Below are positions 12,646-25,973 of a stretch of DNA of 64,000 bases, piece by piece. Position 1 is the stretch's first letter. Each line of letters begins with the position of its first letter. The DNA comes from Octopus sinensis. Taxonomy: Eukaryota. The translations under genes were made by a program, and so were the position numbers. Below the pieces are notes generated by a model. It searched no databases and was not told where the DNA came from. It saw only the letters and a list, made by a program, of their open reading frames with translations. The DNA is taken from positions 213,094,001 through 213,158,000 of the forward strand of contig NC_042997.1 in assembly GCF_006345805.1 (NCBI RefSeq), in the 5' to 3' direction.

Positions 12646-13457
12646 CTATCTGATGGCTACCAATCCTCTCATTTGTTGCTATGGTTACGTGTGAAGCATT
12701 TGCACTGAGGTTTACTGTTTAAATTCCATGCAAGGTTACAAATATGAAAAGAGGATAATGGCAACAACATCTATGTTTTTCCTCGTGTTTTGTAGTTATT
12801 TGAGATTTGTTCAAGGGAGATTTTGATGTTTTATGTTATTTGTATGAAGAGGATGTGTGTTTTCTCTTTGCTTTAATGTTTGATGTGTAACTTTTTAGTT
12901 CCCTTATATTCAACAGCTTTACCATCCAGGTGGCATTCTAACCCTAACCATCTACTATTGTGCCAAATTACATCAATAACTGAATTATCAATATATTCTT
13001 ACATTTTTAGGATGGGGAATTTTAAGAAAAATTTGATTGCTATTTCTAGCAGTGGAGGTGACTGTGAGAGGCTTTCCTGTTGATTCTTTCCTTCAATAAA
13101 AAACACATTCAAAGGTCATTATTTACAACATGCTAACTCCTTTACAAACATGAATATGCATGTTTTGAAAGGAAAGAAGTTACTATGTTTATTTTTAAAA
13201 AATAGCCTTTAAATGTGTTTTTCGTAAGTCCAATATAACTTACACCTTTGCCATTGCTTGCTTTCTCCATTGTGTTATAAACAAAAGTCTTTCATAAACT
13301 TTTAGCTTTGAGTGGAGAGCAGTTAGCATTTTTACGTCAAATAATATTAACTCTGCTAACATTATCTTCACTGCCCACTTTATGTTGTACTGGCTAAGCA
13401 AAGCTTAGATGTACGTGTGGGTATGTGTGGGCATGTGGCTATGTAGGTAAGTTACAT

Positions 13458-13660
13458 CATCATCATCATCATCATCGTTTAACGTCCGTTTTCTGTGCTA
13501 GCATGGGTTGGATGGTTTGACCGGGGTTTGGGAAGCCAGAAGGCTGCACCAGGCCCAGTCTGATCTGGCAGTGTTTCTACAGCTGGATGCCCTTCTTAAT
13601 GCCAACCTCTCCGTGAGTGTAGTGGGTACTTTTTACGTGCCACCGGCACAGGTGCCATGT
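13458..13660 (-). mobile_element. RTE-LINE 3' tail copy
   Basis: (CAT)n-cgtttaacgtccg... family tail. Confidence 0.85.
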
Positions 13661-13694
13661 AAAGAAATGTAAAGATATCCATTCCATGGTTCAA

Positions 13695-13889
13695 TACAGT
13701 ATTTGTTTCAGTCATTAGACTGTGGCCATGCTGGGGCATCACCTTGAAGAATTTTAGTCAAATGAATCAATGCCAGAATTTATATTTTTTAAGCCTGGAA
13801 CTTATTCTATTGGTTTCTTTTGCCAAATTACGAAGATATGGGGACATAAACACACCAACACCGGTTATTAAGCAATGGTGGGGGGACAA

Positions 13890-13921
<32 letters not shown>

Positions 13922-14072
13922 ATGACGGGCTCCTTTCAGTTTCTGTCTACCAAACCCACTCGCAAGGCTTTGGTCAGTCCAAGGCTCTAATAGAAGACGC
14001 CTAAGATGCCATGCAGAGGGACTGAACCCAGAACCATGTAGTTGGGAAGCAAGCTTCTTAACACACAACCAT
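13695..14072 (-). mobile_element. tRNA-derived SINE with internal (TG)n
   Basis: Minus strand ggttgtgtgttaagaagc...gggttcagtccc head and gaccaaagccttgcgagtggg body. Related copies at 29130 and 40325. Confidence 0.75.
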
Positions 14073-14091
14073 GTCTTTATATACTCGCCTT

Positions 14092-14130
<39 letters not shown>

Positions 14131-14704
14131 CACGATGAAGTGTAAACATTTTGCCACAAGAGTAAACGTCTGTTTTTCTCTGTCAGTATTTATAGCATGG
14201 GAATGTATCTTTATCATCAGAGAATCAATTAAGGTTCATGTGATAACTTCATTTTTTATGAAAATCCACTCTATTAATCAGGACATTGAAATAATTTGTT
14301 TTGTCATATAATCTCTAATGTTTCTTCACTCTTATCATCTTTCATCCTCACTCTCCTTCTCTCCTTCTCTCTCTCTCTCTCTCCTCTCCTTCTCTCTCTT
14401 TCACATTTACACAATCATTTCCTCTTCTTCGTGGCTCCACACAATTCTTCATGTTTTGTTTTTAATTTTCTAATTTCAGATTAATTGTTTTTGCTTTATT
14501 TCTTTTGAGCACCAGAAAACGAAAGGAAAATTCTGCCATCTCTGCAAATAGATCTCATGGCCTTTTACTTGATTCTCTTTTCATTACTACTGTTTCCTTT
14601 CTTTTCTTCTGCCTCACTTTTTCTTCTTTCTCTTCTCAGGAAAGATGTATATTTTAAGATAATATAGTTTTCCGTTGTGTTCTCCCTCTGTCTATCTCCA
14701 CATC

Positions 14705-14728
14705 ACACTCATACATGCAAACACACAC

Positions 14729-14764
<36 letters not shown>

Positions 14765-14945
14765 ACACACACACACTTACACACACACACACACACTTAC
14801 ACACACACACATACACACACACACACACTTACACACACACACACACACACTTACACACACCACACACACACTTACACACACACACACACTTACACACACA
14901 CACACTTACACACACACACACAGCACACACACACACACACACACA
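14705..14945. repeat. (CA)n tract punctuated by CTTA
   Basis: Direct reading. Confidence 0.95.
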
Positions 14946-15389
14946 TCTAGTATTATACAGTACAGTTTTTCAATTGCTGTTACAAATAGTTGCTTGTCCT
15001 TGGGACAAAGGTCACAACACTGCCTTTAATTATCTCATCAAATGATGTTTGCAAATATAAAACATGTGCTTTCATAAGGATGCACAAATGTTAAATAGCT
15101 AATATTAGTTATTTCCCCTTTGTACTACAATGGACCTGAAGAGTTGCTGTAGGAAATATACCAATAAATAGAAGTTATTATTCTAAATGAAAGAAAATGG
15201 GGAAAATAAATACAATGGAAGCAAGAAAAAGATAAGACATGAAAAATAAGGGTTAAAAATAAAGTGTTTTCATATATTTATATATGTATGTGTGAATGCA
15301 TGATGTATGTGTGTGAGTAAGAAAATAAGTATGTATGTAGGTATGTATGCATTCATATATGTGTCTCTTCCATTTTTTTATTGTTATAA

Positions 15390-16740
15390 GTCTTCCACTG
15401 AGGAGGAAGCCGGTTTCCAACAAAGATACAAAGCTCCATCTTTGGGATGTAGTTAACACAGACAAATTCACATTTAGAACTTGAGAAAAGTCTTGCATAT
15501 TTTTACTGTTCCACTCACAGGTTGGACTTGTAATATACGAATTAGCCGGTTAATTTCTCTTTCTGAAAATCCTAGCTTATCCAGATTCTCCTTTAAGCAT
15601 TTACTAACAAAGCATTGTGTTCCAATTATTATTGGTATGAATAGGAATTCGTAGTCTGGATATAGAAACTGGAGGTTTCGAAGCAGTTGTCCATAGATAT
15701 CCTCATTTTCTTCGATATTCAAAGAGATATTTAAATCTGCAGGGCAGCTAACTTCTATGAGGGTACATACCTTTGCCCCTCTGTCCCTAACAACAATATC
15801 TAGCCTGTTATCCTTACATTTGACAGAAGTTTTGATGGGAATATTCCACCAGTATTCCTTGAGTTGGTGTTTATGAATGTATTCCATAACAGAGGGGTTT
15901 TCTAAGTTTATTTCAGGGTCAGTCTTTTTTGCGGATGGCATTATAAATTGTTTTAGCAACAACATTGTGTGGCGTAGGGAGATGGTATTGTGATGGCGTT
16001 TTAGGACAGCTGCTAATCACATGTGCAATGTCTTCCACAGAAGCATGACAGAGCCTACACATGTGGTTGCACCTTGGGATTACAAGAGCATCACTGTCTC
16101 CCTTGTTCACCAGGTACTTTGTGGTAATCTCCTGTTCTCGGATTGCAAATGCATAGCCTTCAAAGTATAATGTGATGTAGTGGTCTTGTGTCCAAGAGAA
16201 GCTGTGCTTCGTGTTAATTCTACTGTCTTCTTCAAGCTTCCAAGCAAAATTCTCATGCATGGTCTTTTTTTTTTTGCATGTTGAGTGGGTTCTATTCAAC
16301 TCTTCTCTGAGGTAAGAGAGCCCAGCTGTTTTGGGGCTGTATAGGGGATCATCAGGAAGGGAATGTTTCTTGAGGAGTTAACTGCCAACTCGTACAATGT
16401 TGCTCACTTCACTTTTCAGGACTGCATTAATATATTTATTTCTGCTGCTGTTGTTTAGCAGATGCTGTCTGAGTGATACCATACGGCATTCGAAAGCCGT
16501 CTGCACTGATCTCGGGCCTCTGCCACCTTCATTTATTCTTAGGTAGAGCCTGTCAACATCACTGTTTCTGTGGATGTTCCCAGTTGTTGTCAGGATTTTG
16601 AGGGTTTTGATATCTATGGAGTGGATTTCCTCTACAGACCAATCAAGTATTCCAAATGCTGGGATCAGCACTGGTACTGCAAATGCATTGTGGGATATTG
16701 TTTTGTTGTGAGAGGAGAGTTCTGACTGCTGTTTTTCCCT
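15390..16740 (-). mobile_element. R4/Dong-like non-LTR retrotransposon 3' part (post-RT, CCHC, RLE endonuclease), decayed
   Basis: ORFs show DRLYLRINEGGRG, CRLCHASVEDIAHVISSC (CCHC knuckle) and RLDIVV...IEVSCP (restriction-like endonuclease). Confidence 0.85.
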
Positions 16741-16744
16741 AAGG

Positions 16745-18480
16745 TCCTACCCCAGGCCTTGATTGGAATAAAACTTCAGTCTTTTCGATGCTGATAGTCA
16801 AACCAAATGCATGAGCTGCTGCAACAAATCGGTCAAACATTTCCTGAATTCTTTCAAATGTGTGAAAAATCAAAGCGGAATCATTGACAAACAAAAACGC
16901 CATGCAGGGTCTCTTCTTTGGTCTTTTTCTTTGATCTGAAACTTTGCCCTTTCAGCTTTAATAGATCCCCTTCTGTGCAAAACTGAAATTTTATACCTTC
17001 ATGGTAATCCCTAAAAGCGTGTTGGAGCATCATTGAAAAGAATATGAGAAAAGTACAGGGGCTAAAGCACATCCCTGTTTGGTTCCAGTGACAACAGAAA
17101 ATGCCTCTCGACATTGACTTCTAGATATCACAGCTGCCATCATTCCTTTATGCAAGGATACTATTCATCATCATCATCATCATCATCATCATTGTTCAAC
17201 GTCCACTTTCCATGCTGGCATGGGTTGTATGATTTGACTGAGGTCTGGTGAACCAGATGGCGGCACCAGGCTCCAATCTTGATCTGGCAGAGTTTCTACA
17301 GCTGGATGCCCTTCCTAATGCCAACCACTCCGAGAGTGTAGTGGGTGCTTTTAAAGTGCCACCGGTACGAGGGCCAGTCTGGCAGTACTGGCAACGGCCA
17401 CACTCAAAAATGGTGTTTTTTACATGCCACCTGCACAGGAGTCAGTCCAGCAGCACTTGCAATGACCTCACTCGAATGTTTTGTTCACGTGCCCTTATCA
17501 TTTAAAAGGAAGTCCGGTTTTCCACAAAATTTTCCAGAGTGCCCCACAATTCACTGTATCAAAGGCCTTGATCAAATTGACAATGACTATGTACAAGTCA
17601 GTATTTTGTTCATGTGCTTTCTCTCGAACTTTTCAGAGGGCAAATATCATGTCAACTTTGCCTCTCTCAGCCCAAAATCCACATTGGCATTCAGGATATA
17701 TACTGTTTATCACATGCTTATTGTTGCAGTTAAGGACCACCCTTGCAAGGATTTTTCCAGCCATGCACAACTTATTCTCCTGTGATTATCACATACACTC
17801 TTCTTCCCCTTGTTTTTGTACAAGTGCATTATAGATGCATCTTTGAATTGTTGAGGAACAGATCCAGTTTTCCAGATCAAAGAGATCAATTCGTGCAGCT
17901 TACTGACATGTTGTCTGCTGCCATGCTTGTACACTTCGATGGGAATACCATCTTGTCCAGGAGATTTACCACTGAAAAATTTTTTTTTTTTGTTATAGCA
18001 GCAGTTATCTCTTGCAAGGAAGGAACTTCTGCTTGCTCTTCAATTATAGGACACTAGGGAATTTCATTGATTACTTCGGGATCGGTAATGGATTCTTGAT
18101 TTAATAAAGATTTAAAGTGTTCAGCCCGTCTTTTCAAAATTTCCTCTTTGCTACTTTTTTTTGCTGAGTTTTGTTCTGTCATTAGAGAGAATAGGCTCTG
18201 TAGTACCCTTTCTTGAGCCAACTTCAGATTGTCATACAGTGCCCTCAAGTTGTGAGAGTTAACAGCCAGTTCTAATTCTTGGGCATATTTTTGCCCACCA
18301 TGAATTTTTCATCTCACACAATTTGTTCTGTGTAGTTTTCCTAGAGATTGATGGGGAACCGAGTGTGGGTGAGTTTGTGTCTGAGATCCTTGTCTTGTCT
18401 CTCCTGTGCAATGTTTCTGGTAGAGGTTCAATTTGAGAATTGTTCTCGTTGAACCAGTCTTGGTGCTTGCATTCATGAAT
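16745..18480 (-). mobile_element. RTE-BovB-like LINE RT fragment, decayed, interrupted by a tail copy
   Basis: WKTGSVPQQFKDASIMHLYKNKGKKSVCDNHRRIS and FSMMLQHAFRD..EGI motifs typical of BovB-type RT. Confidence 0.8.
17165..17480 (-). mobile_element. RTE-LINE 3' tail copy nested in the BovB-like fragment
   Basis: (CAT)n plus family tail. Confidence 0.85.
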
Positions 18481-19243
18481 CCTACACACACACACACACA
18501 CACACATTCTGTCTCCAGATTGATTTCATTACAGCCCATTCATATATCAACAGACTTTGATGTTCTCTTGATATAATTAACATTTCTATTTCTAGAAATA
18601 TGTCTCTTCCCGCCACCACCACCTTCCTCTCTAATAATATATGTTGATTGACACTTGCTAATTATCATTTCTTCTTTTCATTTGGTAATGTTAACTGCAT
18701 CAAGAATGCCATCACCATCATCATCCTCATCATCATCATCATCATCATCACCAACATCATAGTCATCATTATCATCACCATCAGCAACAACAGCGTGGTC
18801 ACTGCATCACCATCCTCTTGATCAGGGTCATCATCATCATCACCATAGGCATCCACATAACCAGCATCACCTCCTCCGTTTCCACGGTGTTACCTTCAAT
18901 AGCAGTCCCAGCCTACGCTTAACTCTTCCTGTGCATCTTCAACCAAATATGTATGTGTATAAGAGAGAGAAAGAGAGAGAGTGTGTGTGTGTGCACGCAA
19001 ACATGTGTATGCAAGTGTGTGTATGTATATGTGCATGTACATGTGTGTGTGTGTGCATGTGTGTGTGTGTGTGTGTGTGTTGTCTGTGCTTGTGATTGGG
19101 AAATTCGCTATTTGTCATATATTGATATCTGTAGAATTGTTTCGAAGTTTAACTTTGATCTGTAATGCTGACACATTGCACATAACAGCCATGAAAGTAG
19201 CATGCTATATAACTATGTATCATGTGTATGTGTAAGTGTGTGT

Positions 19244-19277
<34 letters not shown>

Positions 19278-19292
19278 ACTCTATATATATAT

Positions 19293-20658
19293 AACTCTAT
19301 AAGATGTACTAACTCTATAAGATGTACCCAGTGTAAGCTATGGACTCATAAGAGGTGCAGCAATGTCAAAGGTAGGCTAACTGGGAAGATAGTTTTTGTA
19401 TGTGGCAGATGCTCGGGAGCATTAACCTCCGAAGATCTGCAGAAAACAACTTCCGTCACTTTGCAAGGGGAAAAATTAGAAGTAGTTGATAGCTTCCGTT
19501 ATCTAGGTGACCAAGTCAGTAGTGGGGGTGGGTGCACTGAAAGTGTAACTGCTAGAATAAGAATAGCCTGGGCAAAGTTTAGGGAGCTCTTACCTCTGCT
19601 GGTGACAAAAGGCCTCTCGCTCAGAGTAAAGGGCAGACTGTATGATGCATGTGTACGAACTGCCATGCTACATGGCAGTGAAACATGGGCCGTGACTGCT
19701 GAGGACATGCGTAAGCTCATGAGGAATGAAGCCAGTATGCTCCGATGGATGTGTAATGTCAGTGTACTTACTCAACAGAGCGTTAGTTCCTTGAGAGAAA
19801 TATTGTACCTAAGAAGCATCAGTTGTTGTGTGCAAGAGAGACGATTGCGCTGGTATGGTCATGTGGTGAGAATGGATGAAGATAGGTGTGTGAGAAAGTG
19901 CCAATCCCTAGCAGTTGAGGGAACCCGTGGAAGAGGTAGACCCAGGAAAACCTGGGACGAGGTGGTGAAGCACGACCTTCGAACGTTAGGTCTCACCAAG
20001 GAAATGACTAGAGACTGAGACCTATGGAAGTATGCTGTGCGTGAGAAGACCCGGCAAGACTAGTGAAGCCATAACCCATGGCCACTACCTGGGACGTAGT
20101 CAGTCCAACTGTGCATACCTTCCTGCTTGTGATACTTGTGAAGACCTGTTGAGGCAAGTGAAAGTCAAGTCAAATCGAATCAAATCAATAGATGAACATC
20201 AATGGAATTTGTATCCTTGTGGTACCAGTGCCGGTGGCACATAAGAAAACCATCCGAACGGGACCGTAGCCAGTACCGCATCGACTGGCCCCGTACTGTG
20301 GGCACGTAACAAACACCATCCGATCGTAGCCGTTCGCCAGCCTCGTCTGGCACCTGTGTCGGTAGCACATAAAAAACACCATCCGAGCGTGGCCGTCTGC
20401 CAGCCTCGTCTGGCACATAAAAAACACCATTCGAGCGTGACCGTCTGCCAGCCTCGTCTGGCACCTGTGTCGGTGGCACATAAAATCACCCACTACACTC
20501 TCGGAGTGGTTGGCGTTAGGAAGGGCATCCAGCTGTAGAAACACTGCCAGATCTGACTGGCCTGGTGCAGCCTTCGGGCTTGCCAGACCCCAGTTGAACC
20601 GTCCAACCCATGCTAGCATGGAAAGCGGACGTTAAACGATGATGATGATGATGATGAT
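19293..20658 (+). mobile_element. 5'-truncated RTE-clade LINE (PHD remnant, post-RT domain, 3' UTR with 60-bp units, (GAT)n tail)
   Basis: ORF 19236-20018 (LEVVDSFRYLG...LHGSETW...RRLRWYGHV...RGRGRPRKTW) runs directly into the tail family, showing the short repeats are this LINE's 3' end. Confidence 0.93.
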
Positions 20659-20659
20659 A

Positions 20660-21024
20660 ATAATTATTTGAGGGAATATTATTCCTAACTTACAGGGAAA
20701 AATTCAATTTAGAAATACTAAATCAAATTTCACAAAATATAATATATGTATATATAAAAATTAGAAAAAAAACACCTTTATCAATTCAAAATGAACAATT
20801 AAATCACACCATCTAGAAAATTACATATAATAGAAATATTAAAAATAAAATAACAATAATATACCAATGATTAAGTAAATTGCAAAATAATAATAAAAAC
20901 GTATATATTTGGTGGAATAATGACACATGTTTTGTGGCTATATTTAAGAAATGATTATAATAAAAAAATTAATAGTAGTAGTAAAATCACTTCGATATAA
21001 ATATAGCCACTCATCAAGCATGAC
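20660..21024 (-). mobile_element. AT-rich dispersed repeat ending in a degenerate hammerhead (probable PLE pLTR)
   Basis: 20665-20870 matches 41785-41985. Minus strand reads TTGATGA-13bp stem-AAAA CATGTGTC at 21017-20922. Confidence 0.55.
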
Positions 21025-21090
21025 TATATATATATATATATAGTCATGCTTGTAGAGACTATATATACATAACAAAAGAGAAAAGTAAAC

Positions 21091-21391
21091 ATTTTTTGGT
21101 ATTGTTTATTCCCAATTACACATGTTTCATTTGCTAATAGGATTTACAAAGTTTTACAAATTAGATACACATGGAAGGGATTTCAGAGAAAGGAATTTTT
21201 CAGACTCAAAAAATTAAGTAATACAGTATTTGATACAGTATAATTTAATTAAAGAATAAGTATTATTTAATTTTTGTGTCTGAAAAATTTCTAATAGGAA
21301 ATTCCTTACATGTCTATGTAACTTGTAAAACTTTGTAAATCCTATTAGCAAATGAAACGTGTGTAATGGTAAATAAACAATTACAAAAAAT
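21091..21391. mobile_element. fold-back element/MITE (~300 bp)
   Basis: attacacatgtttcatttgctaataggatttacaaagttttacaa... is matched by its reverse complement at ~21265-21391. Confidence 0.75.
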
Positions 21392-21716
21392 TTCTAATTT
21401 CCTGTTTTGTGAAACAATAATTCTGCAGAGAATATTTTGAACTAACACACAGCAGCAACTGAGACTACATATAGGATTGTAATAACGGAATAAGCAAATG
21501 TGTTTCATGAGGAAACAGCAGGGATTTACCCTAACTACCTACACACACACATACACATGCGCACACATACACATACACACACACACATGTACACACAAAC
21601 ACACACATACTCACACACATACATATACTCACATATATATATATATGCAAATACATGAAAAATACTTTATTTTCCATTTCCCATCATATATATGTACGCA
21701 CACACATTATTATGTA

Positions 21717-22908
21717 GTTGCCAGCATCGCCTGGCCCCGTGCCGGTGACACGTAAAAGCACCATCCGTTCGTGGCCGTTGCCAGCATCGCCTGGCCCCGT
21801 GCCGGTGACACGTAAAAGCACCATCCGTTCGTGTCCGTTGCCAGCATCGCCTGGCCCCGTGCCGGTGACACGTAAAAGCACCATCCGTTCGTGTCCATTG
21901 CCAGCATCGCCTGGCCCCGTGCCGGTGACACATAAAAGCACCATCCGTTCGTGGCCGTTCGCCAGCTCCGTCTGGCCCCGTGCCAGTGACACGTAAAAGC
22001 ACCATCCGTTCGTGGCCGTTGCCAGCATCGCCTGGCCCCGTGCCGGTGACACGTAAAAGCACCATCCATTCGTGCCCATTGCCAGCATCGCCTGGCCCCG
22101 TGCCGGTGACACGTAAAAGCACCATCCGTTCGTGGCCGTTGCCAGCATCGCCTGGCCCCGTGCCGGTGACACGTAAAAGCACCATCCGTTCGTGTCCATT
22201 GCCAGCATCGCCTGGCCCCGTGCCGGTGACACGTAAAAGCACCATCCGTTCGTGTCCGTTGCCAGCATCGCCTGGCCCCTTGCCGGTGACATGTAAAAGC
22301 ACCATCCGTCCGTGTCCGTTACCAGCATCGCCTGGCCCCGTGCCGGTGACACGTAAAAGCACCATCCGTTCGTGTCCGTTGCCAGCATCGCCTGGCCCCG
22401 TGCCGGTGACACGTAAAAGCACCATCCGTTCGTGGCCGTTGCCAGCATCGCCTGGCCCCGTGCCGGTGACACGTAAAAGCACCATCCGTTCGTGGCCGTT
22501 GCCAGCATCGCCTGGCCCCGTGCCGGTGACACGTAAAAGCACCATCCATTCGTGGCCGTTGCCAGCATCGCCTGGCCCCGTGCCGGTGACACGTAAAAGC
22601 ACCATCCGTTCGTGTCCGTTGCCAGCATCGCCTGGCCCCGTGCCGGTGACACGTAAAAGCACCATCCGTTCGTGGCCGTTCGCCAGCTCCATCTGGCCCC
22701 GTGCCGGTGACACGTAAAAGCACCATCCGTTCATGGCCGTTCGCCAGCTCTGTCTGGCCCCGTGCCGGTGACACGTAAAAGCACCATCCGTTCGTGGCCG
22801 TTGCCAGCATCGCCTGGCCCCGTGCCGGTGACACGTAAAAGCACCATCCGTTCGTCGCCATTCGCCAGCTCTGTCTGGCACCTGTGCAGGTGGCACGTAA
22901 AAAACACC
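21717..22908 (+). repeat. tandem array of 20 units of 60/61 bp
   Basis: Unit ccagcatcgcctggccccgtgccggtgacacgtaaaagcaccatccgttcgtggccgttg; 20 units counted, four of them the 61-bp ttcgccagctc variant. Confidence 0.97.
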
Positions 22909-23080
22909 CACTACACTCGCGGAGTGGTTGGCGTTAGGAAGGGCATCCAGCTGTAGAAACACTGCCAGATCTGACTGGGCCTGACGAAGCCTTCCAGCTT
23001 CACAGACCCCAGTTGACCCGTCCAACCCATGCTAGCATGGAAAGCGGACGCTAAACGATGATGATGATGATGATGATGAT
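21717..23080 (+). mobile_element. RTE-LINE 3' tail with expanded 60-bp array
   Basis: Array followed by the standard family tail and (GAT)n. Confidence 0.9.
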
Positions 23081-24380
23081 TCAAATAAACATGATTCTTT
23101 ACATGTGGCCATATGTTTCATTCTACATGAGTTTTACAAATGTGTGATGTATTCGGTTCAGTTGATGAAACTGATGAGGCAGAGTCAGTGCCTGGATTTT
23201 CTAAATAAAGATAAAGAAAATAAAGCAGAGAGAAAAACAACTTGTGAGAGGTATACAGAAACAGTACCTGGATAGTAATGTTTATATGCCACAGAATGTG
23301 TTTCTCTTGTATTAGCCCTAGGTAAACATCTTTTCCAGCTGGCTATCAACACGCAGTTTGTGTCCGTATAGCATTTACACTCCTATCTCTGGCCTTATGT
23401 GATACTCACAGACCTAGGTTCCTGGATGTTATCCGTCCTCAGTGTGAGACAGCCACAAGCTAGTGACAAAAGCAATTTTATATTGAATTGAAATGAATAG
23501 GAGAAAAAGTACCAGTGGTATAAGTACCGTGGCAAGAAAAATAAGGCTGAGCCTCAATGATTTGGTTATAGAAAAAAAATTCCTTAAATAAAGTAAAAAA
23601 CGAAGAGGAAAAGAAAGTAAGGTTGAAGGAAAGGTGAAGTGAATTTAAATCTTGGTAGAAATGCGGCAGACCACCAACAAAATTTTTTTAGTGATAAAGA
23701 ATGTTGGAGGAAAAGCTTAATGAAATTAAAAATGACATAAATTGTGAATTGCTATTATAATTCATGGTTTAAAATAAATTAAGATAGGTTAATATATGAA
23801 ATGCATATTTACAAAAAATAGCAGGCAGCAAGAAAAAATATATAATAAATGATGTTTTAAATTAAAGATCAGTGTTATTAAGTTGAAAGACGTGTTTCTG
23901 GTGCACCAAGTTAACAGCCTGGGAGGTGTGAGGTGGGGGAGTGGCAAATAAAGAAGAAAATGAAAATGCAGTGTGAAGATGAAGATGTATGAAGATGAAG
24001 ATGGAGGGGGTGATGGAGGGGATGAAGTAGTTCTCTAATTTCTTTTCATCCTCTTAGGTAGCACCCTTCTCTTACCTACCCCATGCATGATCTGACTTAC
24101 CAGCATTTTGACCAAAGATGTTCCATTTGTCTTCATTCAATTTTGTCTTCGCTGTTTCAATGTCCACTTTACAGGGCTTTTGTGGATCAGATGAAATTTA
24201 TTGAGGCAGATTGTCTATAATTGGATGCTCCTCCTGTTGGCAACCCTCCCCTCTTTTGAAGCAAGAAAATATTTCCACTCATCCTGCAAGCGCAAACAAC
24301 ACAGCAGCCAGACATGTTTTCCTGGAAGATTGCAAACAAAGAACACTGAATGTATGACTGAGATGTCAAGACAAAGGCAC

Positions 24381-24427
<47 letters not shown>

Positions 24428-25973
24428 ACTAATGTTACAATATAACTTAAGTGTTGTTACTATGAAATATATTTAACTATTGTTTTTAATGCAGATGGTA
24501 TCTCTGAGTCATTTATTTTCAAAACGATTCCATTTTCCAACACCAACCAATTTACAATTTTGTACATTTACTTAATGAATCATTCATCACTACTTTAACA
24601 ATTAGGGTGATGGCTTAGCTGATAAGGTCATAATAAAACTGAAATAGGTTCAGCAGTGTTTCCTTTTGTACTTCCCAAAATAATTAGCAATTAATTTTCT
24701 CCTAAGCTCATAATTATTTCTGTTTGTCATTGTCCTCTCATGCTCTTGTGACCCACCAACATTTCTGAATCCTCTGTTCATAATCTCTTCTGCTAACCAA
24801 CCTGTACCTTGGGAGTGTGCTCTGGTACATTATCACCAACATCTCTGTCCTCCTTCCACTTTTACATAATGCTGGGTATCCGTCCATCACACTTTAGCCT
24901 CTCAACATTGGCCATAAAGCCGTCACTACTACAATCCCACTAAATCAAGGTGTTTCTCTTCATCATACAAGTTGCTTGCTAACCTCTGCAGTGCTGCAAC
25001 CACAAAGGAAGCGGTCGGCACAGCCTGCTGTAAAGGGATTGATGTTAGGAAGGATATCCGACCATAGAGACCGTACCAAAGCAGACATTGGAATTCAGTG
25101 CAGTCTTTTGATTTGCCAGATCCTGTCAAACCATCCAGCCCATGCCAACATTAAAGGATGTTGAAGATTAGGATGACTAATATAATAATTATTCATTATA
25201 ATATTCTCTTATTTCTGTTGCCACACACTTCCAGCCAAAACATTGTACATTAGACACCACAAACAAAATTCTGCTATCATTTTTTTATCCTCAGGTCTAC
25301 CCCACCTCATAGCTTTTACTGCAAAAGTGATTTTCTCTTACTTTTTCGAATCAATATGTATTTTTTAAAATATAATTATGTCTATTGTTTTATTTTTTAC
25401 TCAAAAACAATTCCTATTATAATTTTTTTTTAATACTTTCAGAATATGCAAATATTTGACACAAACTGTCTTCATTTATTCTTTCCTTTTCTTATATGGT
25501 TTCCTTGCTTTCTTTTTACCTAACCACTATCAAAATTATTCTTTCAATTTTTTGCTTCATTTTCTTTGAAATTTCCTTCAATTTACAATAATATTACAAG
25601 CTTTAAATATTATTATTTACTCAATTAATTTCTATTCTTTAGATTTAATTTTGCTGTTCAGTTTCTTTTTTGTACAGAATCATTAACCTAATTATATTGG
25701 ATAGTACTTTCATTACTAATTAATTCTATGAAATCCAATTGTTTCTCCTCACTAACAGATATTTGCATATCTTTTGCATACAGCTTTTAGGAACACAAAC
25801 ATACTTTATTTCTTTAAGGTGTCTTTCATTGTTGCTGTAGTTGTTATTGCTGTGGAAGTTATGGTAGTTTTTATATATCCTCCAAGCAGACCCCACTCCA
25901 AGCATGTGTGTGTGTGTTAAATAAAATGAGACAACAAAGCCAAGGTTATGTGGAATTTATAAAGAAAAAGGTA

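Noticed and set aside
21717-22908. CRISPR-like array, and the long ORFs (452, 322, 245 aa) over it
   Set aside because: There are no unique spacers, and the whole 60 bp repeats and belongs to a LINE 3' UTR. The ORFs are open only because the unit lacks stops and 60 is divisible by 3.
23385-23465. Possible 50-nt minus-strand exon (ag...GTGAGT donor)
   Set aside because: Splice-like signals alone are common, and the peptide is unrecognised.
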